DNA of 38,105 nt from Candidatus Eiseniibacteriota bacterium (GCA_043741515.1 JAYUAE010000213.1:1-38105), one strand, 5' to 3'; shown: positions 27,003-38,105, counted from the stretch's first letter. Notes: a model not told the origin generated them from the letters alone. Numbers and translations are program-made.

Positions 27003-29393
27003 GAAGTTTCTTCAGGCCCTCCGAGCCACGCGCACCAGGTACTCGAATTCCCCGCCGTCATCGCGACGATCGCGGGCCGGACCCGTTCCGCGCCCGGACG
27101 GGATCGTGTGCTCGCCATCCAGTGTCATTCCCGGCTCGAGGACGCGCGCGCGGCGCAGGAGATCTACCGCGACGTGGTCGCCCTCGCGGGCACGGCCGAC
27201 GAGCCGCCGCCCGCGGCTCCCCCCGACGTCCGCGCTCTGCTCGAGCAGCTCAAGACCGAGGGCGCGGCGCTGTCCGGTGAAGAGCTCTGGGAGATCCGCC
27301 GCCTTCTCGACCAGGCCGTGCTCGCGCACGCGTGGACCCGCAAGGACCGTAGCGAGACTCCGGGGCTCACGCGGCTTCTCGCGGACGTGGAGCCTCTGCC
27401 CGCGCTCCATCGCGAACTGGGCCGCTCCCTCGAGCCTTCGGGCGAGGTGAAGGACGACGCGAGCCCGGATCTCGGCCGCATCCGCCGCTCCATCCAGACC
27501 CTCCGCGAGCGGCTGGCGCAGAAGCTCGAATCGATCGCGCGCGGGCTGGGGATCGCGGAGACCTTCGTCACGCTGCGCGAAGGGCGGTATGCGATCGCGG
27601 TGCCCGCCTCGCACAGGCGCCAGGTGCCCGGCATGGCGCTCGGCTATTCCGGCAGCGGCGCCACCGTGTTCCTGGAGCCGCGCGAGGCCGCCGAGGCGAA
27701 CAGCCAGCTCGCGGATCTATTCGTAGATGAGATTCGCGAGGTAACCCGGATCCTCCGCGAGCTGAGCGCGCTCGCCCGGCGTGACCGCGAGCCTCTCGCG
27801 CGGAACCTCGAGGCGCTGGCGAGGCTCGATGCCGCGCAGGCGGTCGGAAGCTGGACCAAGGCGGTCGGCGGGTCCTTGCCCGCGCTCACTGAGGAGCGCT
27901 CGCTCCTCTTGCGCGGCGCGCGTCATCCCATCCTGGTCGAGCGCCACACGCGCGGCGAGATGACGGCGGCGCCCGTGCCGCTCGATCTTTCGCTCGATCG
28001 CCATGCGCCGCTCCTCCTCGTGACCGGCCCCAACATGGGCGGGAAGACGGTCGCGATCAAGACGGCCGGTCTTGTCGCGCTCCTCGCGATGGCGGGGCTT
28101 CCCGTGCCCGCCGCGGAAGGAACGAGGATCCCCTGGTTCGACCACGTGGTGTGCGACATCGGCGACGAGCAGTCGCTCATGGAGGACGTGAGCACCTTTC
28201 TCTCGCATCTTCGCAGGGTCTCGGAAGCCGTCTCGGTCGCCACGCCCGATTCGCTGGTGCTCCTGGACGAGCTGGGCTCGGGGACCGATCCCACGGAGGG
28301 CGCGGCGCTGGGGCAGGCCATCCTCGAGCGGCTCATCGGGCGGCGGACCCTCTGCGTGGCGACCACGCACCATGGCGCGCTGAAGTCCTTCGCGTCGGAG
28401 GCCCCCGGAGCGCGGAACGCTTCGATGGCGTTCGACGAGGAGACCCTGCGCCCCCGGTTCACGCTGCTCATCGGCGTTCCGGGCAGGAGCCGCGCGATCC
28501 AGGTGGCGGAACGCTTCGGCATGGACCGCGAGGTTCTGGACCGGGCCAAGGAGCTTCTGCCGCGCGGCGAACGCGATCTCGGCGCTCTGATCGAGGAGCT
28601 GGGGCAGCTCAAGGGCCAGGTCGCGCGGGAGCGCGAGGAATTGACGTCGACGCGGATGCGGCTCGCGGAGCGCGAAGGGGAGCTGAAGCAGGCGCTCTCG
28701 CGCCTGGAGTCGGAGAAGCGCGAGCGGAAGCAGGCCGAGCTCAAGGCGCGCCGGGACCTCCTGCGCACGCTCGAGAACCAGATCGACGAGTACCGGAAGA
28801 AGCTCCGCGCCGACAAGAAGGCTTCCGCCGAGACGCTGGAGGAGGCGCGGGGGCTCGCCCGCCGGGTCTCCGAATCGATCGACTCCGAGACCGAGTGGAC
28901 GCCCGTGCCCGACCGGGGCGCGCCGGTGGAGCGGGTCTGCGAGGGGGACAGGGTGTACGTGCCCGCCCTCCAGGCCGACGGGACCGTGCTCTCGGCGCCC
29001 GATCACGACGGGCGCGTGCGTCTGAAGATCGGGGCCGCGACCACGATGCTCCCGCTCACGGCCCTGCGCCGCGATGCGGGAGAAACGAAATCGCGCGCGG
29101 ACCGGTCCAAGGGTGAAACGCCGCTCAAGCGCGAGGTGGAGATTCCCGAGGTCTCGCACGAGATCGACGTGCGCGGCTACGAGCCGGACGACGCCATCCG
29201 CGCGGTCGAGACCTTCCTCGAGAACGCGGTGATGGGAGGCGTGGATCGAGCCCGGATCATCCACGGCAAGGGGAAGGGGATCCTGCGCGAGCGGCTGAAG
29301 CGCTGGCTCCAGGGGCAGCCGGCGGTGAAGGAATTCCAGCTGGGAGAGCTTCGCGAGGGAGGGACCGGCGTCACGATCGTGACGCTGGAATAG
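27003..29393 (+). CDS. mutS2: Endonuclease MutS2 (true start unresolved; first standard start 27108)
   Basis: N-terminal HQVLEFPAV at 27033-27059, SGSGATVFLEP, ARHP, TGPNMGGKT, DIGDEQS, LLDELGSGTDP, TTH, GVPGRS, Smr domain IIHGKGKGIL...GGTGVT. Confidence 0.93.
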   Translation, partial: EVSSGPPSHAHQVLEFPAVIATIAGRTRSAPGRDRVLAIQCHSRLEDARAAQEIYRDVVALAGTADEPPPAAPPDVRALLEQLKTEGAALSGEELWEIRRLLDQAVLAHAWTRKDRSETPGLTRLLADVEPLPALHRELGRSLEPSGEVKDDASPDLGRIRRSIQTLRERLAQKLESIARGLGIAETFVTLREGRYAIAVPASHRRQVPGMALGYSGSGATVFLEPREAAEANSQLADLFVDEIREVTRILRELSALARRDREPLARNLEALARLDAAQAVGSWTKAVGGSLPALTEERSLLLRGARHPILVERHTRGEMTAAPVPLDLSLDRHAPLLLVTGPNMGGKTVAIKTAGLVALLAMAGLPVPAAEGTRIPWFDHVVCDIGDEQSLMEDVSTFLSHLRRVSEAVSVATPDSLVLLDELGSGTDPTEGAALGQAILERLIGRRTLCVATTHHGALKSFASEAPGARNASMAFDEETLRPRFTLLIGVPGRSRAIQVAERFGMDREVLDRAKELLPRGERDLGALIEELGQLKGQVAREREELTSTRMRLAEREGELKQALSRLESEKRERKQAELKARRDLLRTLENQIDEYRKKLRADKKASAETLEEARGLARRVSESIDSETEWTPVPDRGAPVERVCEGDRVYVPALQADGTVLSAPDHDGRVRLKIGAATTMLPLTALRRDAGETKSRADRSKGETPLKREVEIPEVSHEIDVRGYEPDDAIRAVETFLENAVMGGVDRARIIHGKGKGILRERLKRWLQGQPAVKEFQLGELREGGTGVTIVTLE

Positions 29394-29395
29394 GG

Positions 29396-31294
29396 GTGAA
29401 CGCGAACGTGCGAATGAGCGGGGAAGAGGCGCGCGAGCGGGTCCGGGACGCGACCGACATCGTGCAGCTCATCGGAGAGCGGGTGCAGCTCCGGCGGGCC
29501 GGCCGGTCGTTCAAGGGGCTGTGCCCGTTCCACACCGAGAAGACGCCCTCCTTCACCGTCACGCCCGACCGCCAGATCTGGCACTGCTTCGGGTGCAGCA
29601 AGGGAGGCGACGTCTTCGCGTTCGTGATGGAGCTGGACAAGGTGACGTTTCCCGAGGCGATCCGCGTGCTCGCGGACCGCGCCGGAATCGAGCTGCCCAA
29701 GCAGGAGCGCGGAACGGGAGACGAGAAGTTCGACAAGCTCTACCAGGCCAACGCGCTCGCGCGCGATTTCTTCCGAGCGAGCCTGGCGTCGGGCGAGGCG
29801 GCGAAGAAGGCGCGCGCGTACATCGCGGCGCGTGGGTTCGAGGAGCCGTGGCTCACGCGCTTCGAGGTGGGCTGGGCGCCGGAGGGCTGGGACGGCCTGC
29901 TCACCGCGCTCGCGAAGCTCCTCCCGGCAGACGTCTTGGAGCAGGCGGGGCTGATCGTGCGGCGCGGGGACGGCAGCGGACACTACGACCGTTTCCGCAA
30001 CCGCGTGATCTTCCCGGTCGCCACCGCGGCTGGAAAGATCGCGGGGTTCGGCGCGCGGGCGATCGCCGAGGGGGACGAGCCCAAGTACCTGAACTCGCCC
30101 GAGACGCCGGTCTTTCGCAAGGGGCGGCTCCTCTACGGGCTTCCCATCGCGCGGGCGGGCATGCGGGAGAGCGGCGAGGCGATCGTGTCGGAGGGATATC
30201 TCGACGTGATGCGGCTCCACGCGTGCGGTTTCACGAACGCGGTCTCGACGTGCGGCACGGCGCTCACGCCCGAGCAGGCGCGGCTCCTGGCCCGGCTCCA
30301 GATCAAGGTCCTCCTTCTCTACGACGGCGATGACGCCGGCGTGCGGGCGGCCGACCGTGGCCTGGATCCTTTGCTCGAGGCGGGCGTGGACCTGAGGGTG
30401 CTGCTGTTGCCCGGCGGCGAGGACCCCGATTCTTTCCTGCGCAAGGAGGGGGCGGGGGCGCTGCGCGAGCGCATGGAGTCGGCGCTCGACGTGCCGAGCT
30501 TCCTCGCTGCCGCCGGGACGGCCGGGGCGGGCGCCGCGAACCCCACGATCGAAGCGAGGCTGAGGCGGCTCGTGGGTCTCCTGGGCCATGTCGAGGACCC
30601 CATTCGCCGCAGGCTCCTCATCCGACGGGGAGCGGACGTGTTCGGGCTGGAGGAGTCGGTTCTTCTGGAGGCTGCGCAGAGCGGGGGCCGGTCGAGGAGG
30701 GTCCTGAAGCCCAGGGCGGGGACCGGCGCGGGCGCTGTGGCCGGAGCCGAGACGGGCGCGGGCGTCCCAGCCGGGGCCGCCGCGGCGGCCGCCGCCGGCA
30801 CGCCGGCAGAAGCCACGGCTCAAGGCACCGCATCGGAGAACGAACCGGCGCCCACGGATCCCGTGGAGCGGGAGCTGGCCGGGCGGGTATTGACTGAAGA
30901 GGGCGCGGTCCTGGAAGTGGCCGCCCAGGGCGGAGCTAACTACTTCCGGGGCGAGACACTACGGAGGCTTCTCAATCCATGGCTTGCGCAGGGCCGGCCG
31001 CCGCGCGAGGACGAGCTGAGGTCGCTCATGGCCGAAAGCCCCCTGACCCGGGCGCTTCTGGCCGAGCTTCCGCCCGAGCCGGGCAGGACCATCGAGGCCT
31101 CCCGCCGGGAGGCCCGGGACCTGATCCAGCGCCTGGAAGAGCGCCTGCTCAAGGCCAGGAAGCAGGAGATCCGGGACGCGATCAAGAAGGCTGAGCAGAG
31201 CGGGGATATGGAATTACAGGAAAGCCTCAACGCCGAGTGGCGTGATGTCGCATCCAAGCTTCATACCAAGAGCACGCATCCAGCGATCCACTAG
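29396..31294 (+). CDS. dnaG: DNA primase
   Basis: [50 protein letters not shown]; start may be 29408 or 29414. Confidence 0.96.
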   Translation: MNANVRMSGEEARERVRDATDIVQLIGERVQLRRAGRSFKGLCPFHTEKTPSFTVTPDRQIWHCFGCSKGGDVFAFVMELDKVTFPEAIRVLADRAGIELPKQERGTGDEKFDKLYQANALARDFFRASLASGEAAKKARAYIAARGFEEPWLTRFEVGWAPEGWDGLLTALAKLLPADVLEQAGLIVRRGDGSGHYDRFRNRVIFPVATAAGKIAGFGARAIAEGDEPKYLNSPETPVFRKGRLLYGLPIARAGMRESGEAIVSEGYLDVMRLHACGFTNAVSTCGTALTPEQARLLARLQIKVLLLYDGDDAGVRAADRGLDPLLEAGVDLRVLLLPGGEDPDSFLRKEGAGALRERMESALDVPSFLAAAGTAGAGAANPTIEARLRRLVGLLGHVEDPIRRRLLIRRGADVFGLEESVLLEAAQSGGRSRRVLKPRAGTGAGAVAGAETGAGVPAGAAAAAAAGTPAEATAQGTASENEPAPTDPVERELAGRVLTEEGAVLEVAAQGGANYFRGETLRRLLNPWLAQGRPPREDELRSLMAESPLTRALLAELPPEPGRTIEASRREARDLIQRLEERLLKARKQEIRDAIKKAEQSGDMELQESLNAEWRDVASKLHTKSTHPAIH

Positions 31295-31346
31295 GGCCAG
31301 GGCGGCCCTGGGGCCAGGGCAGACCGGAAAAAGGAGAGTAGAACGA

Positions 31347-33092
<1,746 letters not shown>

Positions 33093-33101
33093 TACTCTTA
33101 C

Positions 33102-33175
33102 GGGCCCATAGCTCAGCTGGTGAGAGCGCCCGGCTCATAACCGGGTGGTCCTTGGTTCAAGTCCAAGTGGGCCCA
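33102..33175 (+). tRNA. tRNA with CAT anticodon, probably tRNA-Ile2 (CCA not encoded)
   Basis: Acceptor GGGCCCA/TGGGCCC, anticodon arm CCCGG-CTCATAA-CCGGG; Ile2 rather than Met inferred from acceptor stem and post-rpoD position. Confidence 0.88.
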
Positions 33176-33236
33176 TTCGCCTTTTGTTTGGCGCTTCACG
33201 CAAGAAAGGAACGTACGAGTTTGATTTCGATCGCGC

Positions 33237-33312
33237 GGGCGGTTAGCTCAGCCGGGAGAGCGCTGGTATCACAAGCCAGAGGTCACAGGTTCAATCCCTG
33301 TACCGCCCACCA
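33237..33312 (+). tRNA. tRNA-Val (CAC)
   Basis: Acceptor GGGCGGT/ACCGCCC, anticodon arm CTGGT-ATCACAA-GCCAG, T arm ACAGG-TTCAATC-CCTGT, encoded CCA. Confidence 0.92.
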
Positions 33313-33397
33313 TCATGACGCGGAGGCGCGCGGCGCAATTCTTTGGAAGGGCAGCGGCGAGGGCCGGGTCAACGGCCGCCGAGCCCCGGGTCAACCC

Positions 33398-33432
33398 ACG
33401 GGGAGTGCGCTCCGGCGCGCTCCCCGTTTTTT
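33398..33432 (+). terminator. Intrinsic terminator after the tRNA pair
   Basis: acggggagtgcgc-tccg-gcgcgctccccgt followed by TTTTT. Confidence 0.8.
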
Positions 33433-33482
33433 ATTGGATGCCGCGGGTCCCCGAGGGCATCTGATTCAGGAGGAGGCCGCGA

Positions 33483-34199
33483 ATGCTTCCTGAGCTCGAA
33501 GCGCTCCTCCAGCTCCAGCGCTACGACGCGAAGCTCATGGAGACGCAGAAGAAGCGGGACGAAATCCCGAGGCGGCGTGAGGCGTTGAAGACCTCGCTGG
33601 ACCAGGCCAAGGCCGCGCACGAGCATGCGAAGAAGGATCTGGAGAAGGTCCGCCTCGAGCGGCGCGCGCAGGAGAAGGAGATCGAGGTCATCCAGGCGGA
33701 AGGGGTGAGGCTCGAACGCCAGCTCCTGGACGTGAAGACCAACAAGGAATACCAGGCCATGCTGACCGAGATCCAGGCGCTGAAGACCAAGCGCTCGGAT
33801 CGCGAGACCGTAATTCTGGAGCAGTTCGAGCGCGAGGAAGTGCTCGTGGCGCAGGCGAAGCAGGCGGAGCAGCGGATCGCCGAGGAAGAGCGCAAGCTAA
33901 AGGTGGGGGAAGCCGAGATGGAGCGCGAGATCGCGACGCTCGATCAGTCCATCCACTCCATCAAGGTGGACCGGGACCAGGTGCGGCCGGGCGTCTCCAA
34001 GACGCTGCTGGCGCGCTACGACCGCCTGGCCGGCACCCGGGACGGCATCGCCGTCGCCGAGGTGCGCAAGGGCGCGTGCGCCGCGTGCTTCAAGTCGCTC
34101 ACCCCGCAGGCCATGCAGGAGGCGCGCCGGAACGACGCGGTGCTCCACTGCGAGTCGTGCGGGCGGATGCTGATCTGGACCGAGGGGAGCGTGGCCTAG
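33483..34199 (+). CDS. Coiled-coil protein with C-terminal C4-type zinc ribbon (zf-RING_7 family)
   Basis: LLQLQRYD, VKTNKEYQAML.EI, long coiled coil, CAAC...CESCGRML; SD AGGAGGAGG. Confidence 0.88.
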   Translation: MLPELEALLQLQRYDAKLMETQKKRDEIPRRREALKTSLDQAKAAHEHAKKDLEKVRLERRAQEKEIEVIQAEGVRLERQLLDVKTNKEYQAMLTEIQALKTKRSDRETVILEQFEREEVLVAQAKQAEQRIAEEERKLKVGEAEMEREIATLDQSIHSIKVDRDQVRPGVSKTLLARYDRLAGTRDGIAVAEVRKGACAACFKSLTPQAMQEARRNDAVLHCESCGRMLIWTEGSVA

Positions 34200-34206
34200 C
34201 GGAGAG

Positions 34207-35970
34207 ATGAAGATCGTGACGTTTGGATCCCTTCGGCACCTTGGTCCCTACCTCAAGCGACACCGCCTCTCGCTCCTCCTGGGAGGCATCGCGGTCCTCT
34301 GCACGAATGTGTTCCAGGTGTGGTCTCCCTGGATCGTCCGCCAAGCGGTCAACCATCTCCAGGACGGCACCACCCGCGACATCCTCGCGCGCGACGCGGC
34401 GCTGATCCTCCTCGCGGTCGCGCTGCAGGGGCTCTTCCTCTTCCTCATGCGCATGACCCTGATCCGCTCCTCGCGGCAGATGGAGTACGAGCTCCGAAAC
34501 GATCTCTACGACCACATGCAGCGGCTCCACGCCTCGTTCTACCGGCGCACCAAGGTCGGGGATCTTCTCTCGCGCACCACGAACGACCTGGACGCGGTGC
34601 GGAACTTCCTGGGACCCGGCATCATGTACTTCGCGAACACGATCGTGACTTTCGCCTTCGCGGTGACGCTGATGCTGCGGATCGACGTGAAGCTCACGCT
34701 CCTGGCTCTCATCCCGCTGCCGATCCTCTCCTTCGCCGTGGCGCGCATGGGGGGCAAGATCCATCACTACTACGAGGCGATCCAGGACCGCTTCGGGCGA
34801 TTGACCGCCAAGGCGCAGGAGACGCTGGCGGGCATCCGCGTCGTGAAGGCCTACGTCGAGGAGGAAGGGGAGTACCGGGCGTTCAAGGCGATCCACGAGG
34901 ACTACACCGAGCAAAACCGAAAGATGAACCAGCTCTGGTCCGCAATGGGGCCCCTGATGGGATTGCTGGGCGGGATCGCGAACGCGGTCGTGCTGTGGGT
35001 CGGAGGCACCGCGGTCGTCCAGGGGCGGATCAATTTGGGCGATTTCGTGGCGTTCCAGATCTACCTCATGATGCTCCTCTGGCCGATGATCTCCCTGGGC
35101 TGGGTCTCGAACCTGTTTCAGCGCGGCGAGGCCTCCATGAAGCGGATCCGCGCGATCATGGACGAGCCGATCGAGGCGGACCTGGACGCGCCGAGGCTGA
35201 GGCCGCAGGCAGCCCGCCAGGTCGCGATCGAGTTCCGGAACGTCGGGTTCCAGTACCCGGTCTCGGACCGCTGGGTGCTCCACGGCCTGAATCTCACCAT
35301 TCCGACCGGGGAGCGCGTGGCGATCGTGGGACGCACCGGCGCGGGCAAGTCCACCATGCTGGCACTGCTGGCGCGGCTGTTCGAGCCGACGGATGGGGCG
35401 GTTCTGGTAGGGGGTCGCGACGCGCGCGAGTGGACGCGGGCCGACCTGCGCCGCGTGTTCGGCATCGTGCCGCAGGAGAGCTTCCTGTTTTCGGACTCCA
35501 TCCGCGCGAATGTGGCCTTCGGCTTCGAGGATCCCGATGCGGCGCCCGATCCCGACGGCCCGGTGGCGCGTGCGGGGCTGGCGAGCGATCTGGACTCGTT
35601 CAATCGCGGGCTGGACACCATGATCGGCGAGCGAGGGATCACCCTGTCGGGCGGCCAGAAACAGCGGGTCGCCCTGGCGCGTGCGCTTGCGCTCGAGCGC
35701 CCCGTCTTGTTGCTGGACGACGCCTTCGCGAGCGTGGATCCCGGCACAGAGGAAGTCATCTTGCGCTCGCTCTTCGACCATCCTTCGCGGCCCACGCTCT
35801 TGCTGGCCACCCATCGGCGCTCGGCGCTTCTGCGCGTGGACCGGATCGTGGTTCTGGACGAGGGCAAGATCGCGGACACCGGGACCCATTCGGAGCTGAT
35901 CCATCGCGGCGGCCTCTACGCCGATCTCTACCATCGCGAGGAGATGGTGGAAGAGCTGGAAGCGCTATGA
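34207..35970 (+). CDS. Heterodimeric ABC exporter subunit (TMD-NBD), degenerate Walker B
   Basis: Six-helix TMD; GRTGAGKST, LSGGQKQR, LLLDDA, ATHR. Confidence 0.92.
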   Translation: MKIVTFGSLRHLGPYLKRHRLSLLLGGIAVLCTNVFQVWSPWIVRQAVNHLQDGTTRDILARDAALILLAVALQGLFLFLMRMTLIRSSRQMEYELRNDLYDHMQRLHASFYRRTKVGDLLSRTTNDLDAVRNFLGPGIMYFANTIVTFAFAVTLMLRIDVKLTLLALIPLPILSFAVARMGGKIHHYYEAIQDRFGRLTAKAQETLAGIRVVKAYVEEEGEYRAFKAIHEDYTEQNRKMNQLWSAMGPLMGLLGGIANAVVLWVGGTAVVQGRINLGDFVAFQIYLMMLLWPMISLGWVSNLFQRGEASMKRIRAIMDEPIEADLDAPRLRPQAARQVAIEFRNVGFQYPVSDRWVLHGLNLTIPTGERVAIVGRTGAGKSTMLALLARLFEPTDGAVLVGGRDAREWTRADLRRVFGIVPQESFLFSDSIRANVAFGFEDPDAAPDPDGPVARAGLASDLDSFNRGLDTMIGERGITLSGGQKQRVALARALALERPVLLLDDAFASVDPGTEEVILRSLFDHPSRPTLLLATHRRSALLRVDRIVVLDEGKIADTGTHSELIHRGGLYADLYHREEMVEELEAL

Positions 35971-37808
35971 GTCCTCCCTGGGGATCTCCGGGACACGACG
36001 AGGAAGCGGTCGGCGCGGTCTACGACCACGGGCTGGCGAAGAGGCTCGTCCGCTATCTCAAGCCGTATTCGCGCGACATCTTCCTCTCGGTGGGGCTTTT
36101 GCTCGCGATCTCGCTGCTCGAGGTCGCCGGGCCCTACATCACCAAGATCGCGATCGACACCTACGTGAAGCCGATCCGCGGCGTGGGGCCCGTGCCGGCG
36201 ATCGCGATCCAGGGGCTCATCACGCTCTCCCTGGCGTACGTCTTCGTGCTGATCGTGGCGTTCGCGCTGCGCTACTGGCAGACCTACACGATGTCCATGG
36301 TCGGGCAGAAGGCCATGCAGGACTTGAGGCTCGAGATCTTCCGCCACGTCGAGACCCTGACGCCGACCTACTTCGACACGCATCCCGTGGGGCGCATCCT
36401 GACGCGCGTCACGCAGGACGTCTCGGTCCTGAACGAGCTCTTCGCGCAGGGCGTGGTGGCGGTGATCGGCGACATCTTCTTGCTGGCCGGAATCGTGGGC
36501 GCGATGCTCTTCATGAACTGGAAGCTGGCGCTGGTCACGTTCACCACCGTGCCGCTGCTCGTGATCGCGACCGCGATCTTCCGGGCGAAGGTGCGCGTGA
36601 GCTACCGCAAGGTGAGGACGCGCCTGGCACGGATCAACGCCTACTTGCAGGAGCATCTCCAGGGCGTGGAGGTGGTGAAGCTCTTCAACGTCGAGGCCAA
36701 GGAGTTCCGCGGCTTCGATCGCGCCAACAAGGATCATCTCCAGGCGCACATCCAGAACATGTTCTACTACGCGGTCTTCTTCCCGACCGTGGAGTTCATC
36801 GGCGCGATCGCGCTGGCGCTGATCTTGTGGTACGGCGGGCTGGGCATCATCGGCGGAACCGTCACGTTCGGCGTCGTCGTGGCCTTCTTGCAGTACTCCG
36901 AGCGCTTCTACCAGCCCATCCGCGACCTGAGCGACAAGTACAACGTGTTCCAGGCCGCGATGGTCTCGTCGGAGCGCATCTTCGACCTGCTGGACACGAA
37001 GCCCGCGGTCCCCGAGCCGGCGGGGCCGGCGGAGAAGCCCGCGCGCCTGCAGGGCGCGATCGAGTTCGATCATGTCTGGTTCGCGTACAAGGACGAGGAC
37101 TTCGTGCTCCGCGACATCTCCTTCAAGATCGCGCCGGGGGAGAAGGTCGCGCTGGTGGGAGCCACCGGCGCGGGGAAGAGCTCGATCGCCAACCTCCTGA
37201 GCCGCTCCTACGAGTTCCAGCGCGGCACGATCCGGATCGACGGCCGCGACATCCGCGAGATCAACGGACGCGCGCTGCGACGCCAGATCGGGCTCGTGCT
37301 ACAAGACGTGTTCCTGTTCAGCGGCAGCGTGCGGGAGAACTTGCGTTTCGGCGCGCGGGAGCGGCCGCCCGAGGAGGCCGAGCGGGCGCTGGAGGAGGTG
37401 GGCGGCGGGCGGATGCTGGGCCGCCTCCCGAACGGGCTGGAAGAAGAGGTGGGCGAGCGCGGAGTCTTCTTCTCGATGGGGGAGCGGCAATTGCTGGCCT
37501 TTGCCCGCGCCCTCCACTACGACCCCAGCATCCTGGTCCTGGACGAGGCCACCTCGAGCGTGGACGTGGAGACGGAGCGCGTGATTCAGGCCGCTTTGAG
37601 GCGGCTTTTGGAGGGGCGCACTTCCCTGGTGATCGCGCACAGGCTGAGCACGATCCTGGATGCCGACCGCATCCTGGTCATGCACCGCGGCAAGCTGCGC
37701 GAACAGGGCACGCACGAGGAGCTGCTCACGCTGGGCGGAATCTACGCGCGCCTGTACGAGCTGCAGTACCAGGGGCAGCGGGCCGCCGCCACGACCTCCA
37801 CAGAATGA
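35967..37808 (+). CDS. Heterodimeric ABC exporter partner subunit (TMD-NBD)
   Basis: ATGA overlap with the preceding gene; GATGAGKSS, FSMGERQ, LVLDEATSSVD, IAHRLST. Confidence 0.92.
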   Translation: MSPPWGSPGHDEEAVGAVYDHGLAKRLVRYLKPYSRDIFLSVGLLLAISLLEVAGPYITKIAIDTYVKPIRGVGPVPAIAIQGLITLSLAYVFVLIVAFALRYWQTYTMSMVGQKAMQDLRLEIFRHVETLTPTYFDTHPVGRILTRVTQDVSVLNELFAQGVVAVIGDIFLLAGIVGAMLFMNWKLALVTFTTVPLLVIATAIFRAKVRVSYRKVRTRLARINAYLQEHLQGVEVVKLFNVEAKEFRGFDRANKDHLQAHIQNMFYYAVFFPTVEFIGAIALALILWYGGLGIIGGTVTFGVVVAFLQYSERFYQPIRDLSDKYNVFQAAMVSSERIFDLLDTKPAVPEPAGPAEKPARLQGAIEFDHVWFAYKDEDFVLRDISFKIAPGEKVALVGATGAGKSSIANLLSRSYEFQRGTIRIDGRDIREINGRALRRQIGLVLQDVFLFSGSVRENLRFGARERPPEEAERALEEVGGGRMLGRLPNGLEEEVGERGVFFSMGERQLLAFARALHYDPSILVLDEATSSVDVETERVIQAALRRLLEGRTSLVIAHRLSTILDADRILVMHRGKLREQGTHEELLTLGGIYARLYELQYQGQRAAATTSTE

Positions 37809-38105
37809 CCGACACCCTCGAGCGCGAGCTGGTCCAGGCCACGCGGATCGCGCGCGAAGCCGGCGCCCTTCTGAAAGAGAATTTCGGCAAGTCCCAGGAC
37901 GTGCAGTACAAGGGGCGCATCGATCTCGTCACCGAGATGGACCGCCGTTCCGAGGAGCTGATCCTGGGGCGCCTGCGCGCTTCGTTCCCCGGCGACTGCT
38001 TCTGGGCCGAGGAGTGCGGCCGCGACAGCTCCGGATCCGAGCGCGTCTGGATCGTGGACCCCCTCGACGGCACCGTGAACTACGCGCACGAGTATCCCGT
38101 GTTTT
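37805..38105 (+). CDS. suhB: Inositol monophosphatase family protein (3' truncated by window)
   Basis: KGRIDLVTEMDRRSEELI, AEE, WIVDPLDGTVNYAH. Confidence 0.9.
   Translation, partial: MTDTLERELVQATRIAREAGALLKENFGKSQDVQYKGRIDLVTEMDRRSEELILGRLRASFPGDCFWAEECGRDSSGSERVWIVDPLDGTVNYAHEYPVF

Noticed and set aside
33340-33360. GGAAGGGCAGC resembling the SRP RNA loop region
   Set aside because: The conserved upstream strand and long SRP helix are not present
34207-37808. Degenerate ABC motifs (LLLDD Walker B, FSMGE signature)
   Set aside because: This is the normal asymmetric-site pattern of heterodimeric ABC exporters and is not novel

Overview
High-GC bacterial chromosomal segment made almost entirely of core genes on the + strand. 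Order: end of a type IV pilus operon (pilO-pilP-pilQ), aroK-rsmD-coaD-aspC-FmdB zinc ribbon, an icd-family dehydrogenase, obg, a HEAT-repeat protein, dprA and an lpxL-like acyltransferase. A DUF3467 gene (the only - strand gene) is divergent from an orphan GAF/HisKA/HATPase protein. Then come tRNA-Phe/Thr, glmM-like, glmS, ridA, selD, tRNA-Sec, lepA-lepB-hemW, CIRCE-hrcA-grpE-dnaJ-rsmE, rpsU-mutS2-dnaG-rpoD, tRNA-Ile2/Val, a C4 zinc-ribbon protein, a heterodimeric ABC exporter and the start of suhB. I saw no mobile element or CRISPR array. The most notable observations are: (1) the orphan sensor looks like a pseudo-histidine kinase (phospho-His to Gln, degenerate N and G1 boxes) with an N-terminal Cys4 module and a DRR-repeat tail; (2) aroK and dnaJ both seem to need a CTG start and share the CGAGGAGAAG leader; (3) the conserved mutS2 N-terminus has no in-frame start, and an upstream small ORF ends at TCC-TGA exactly +1 to the mutS2 frame; (4) RsmE and Obg carry substitutions in normally conserved motifs. 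All calls come from manual reading; no searches were run.
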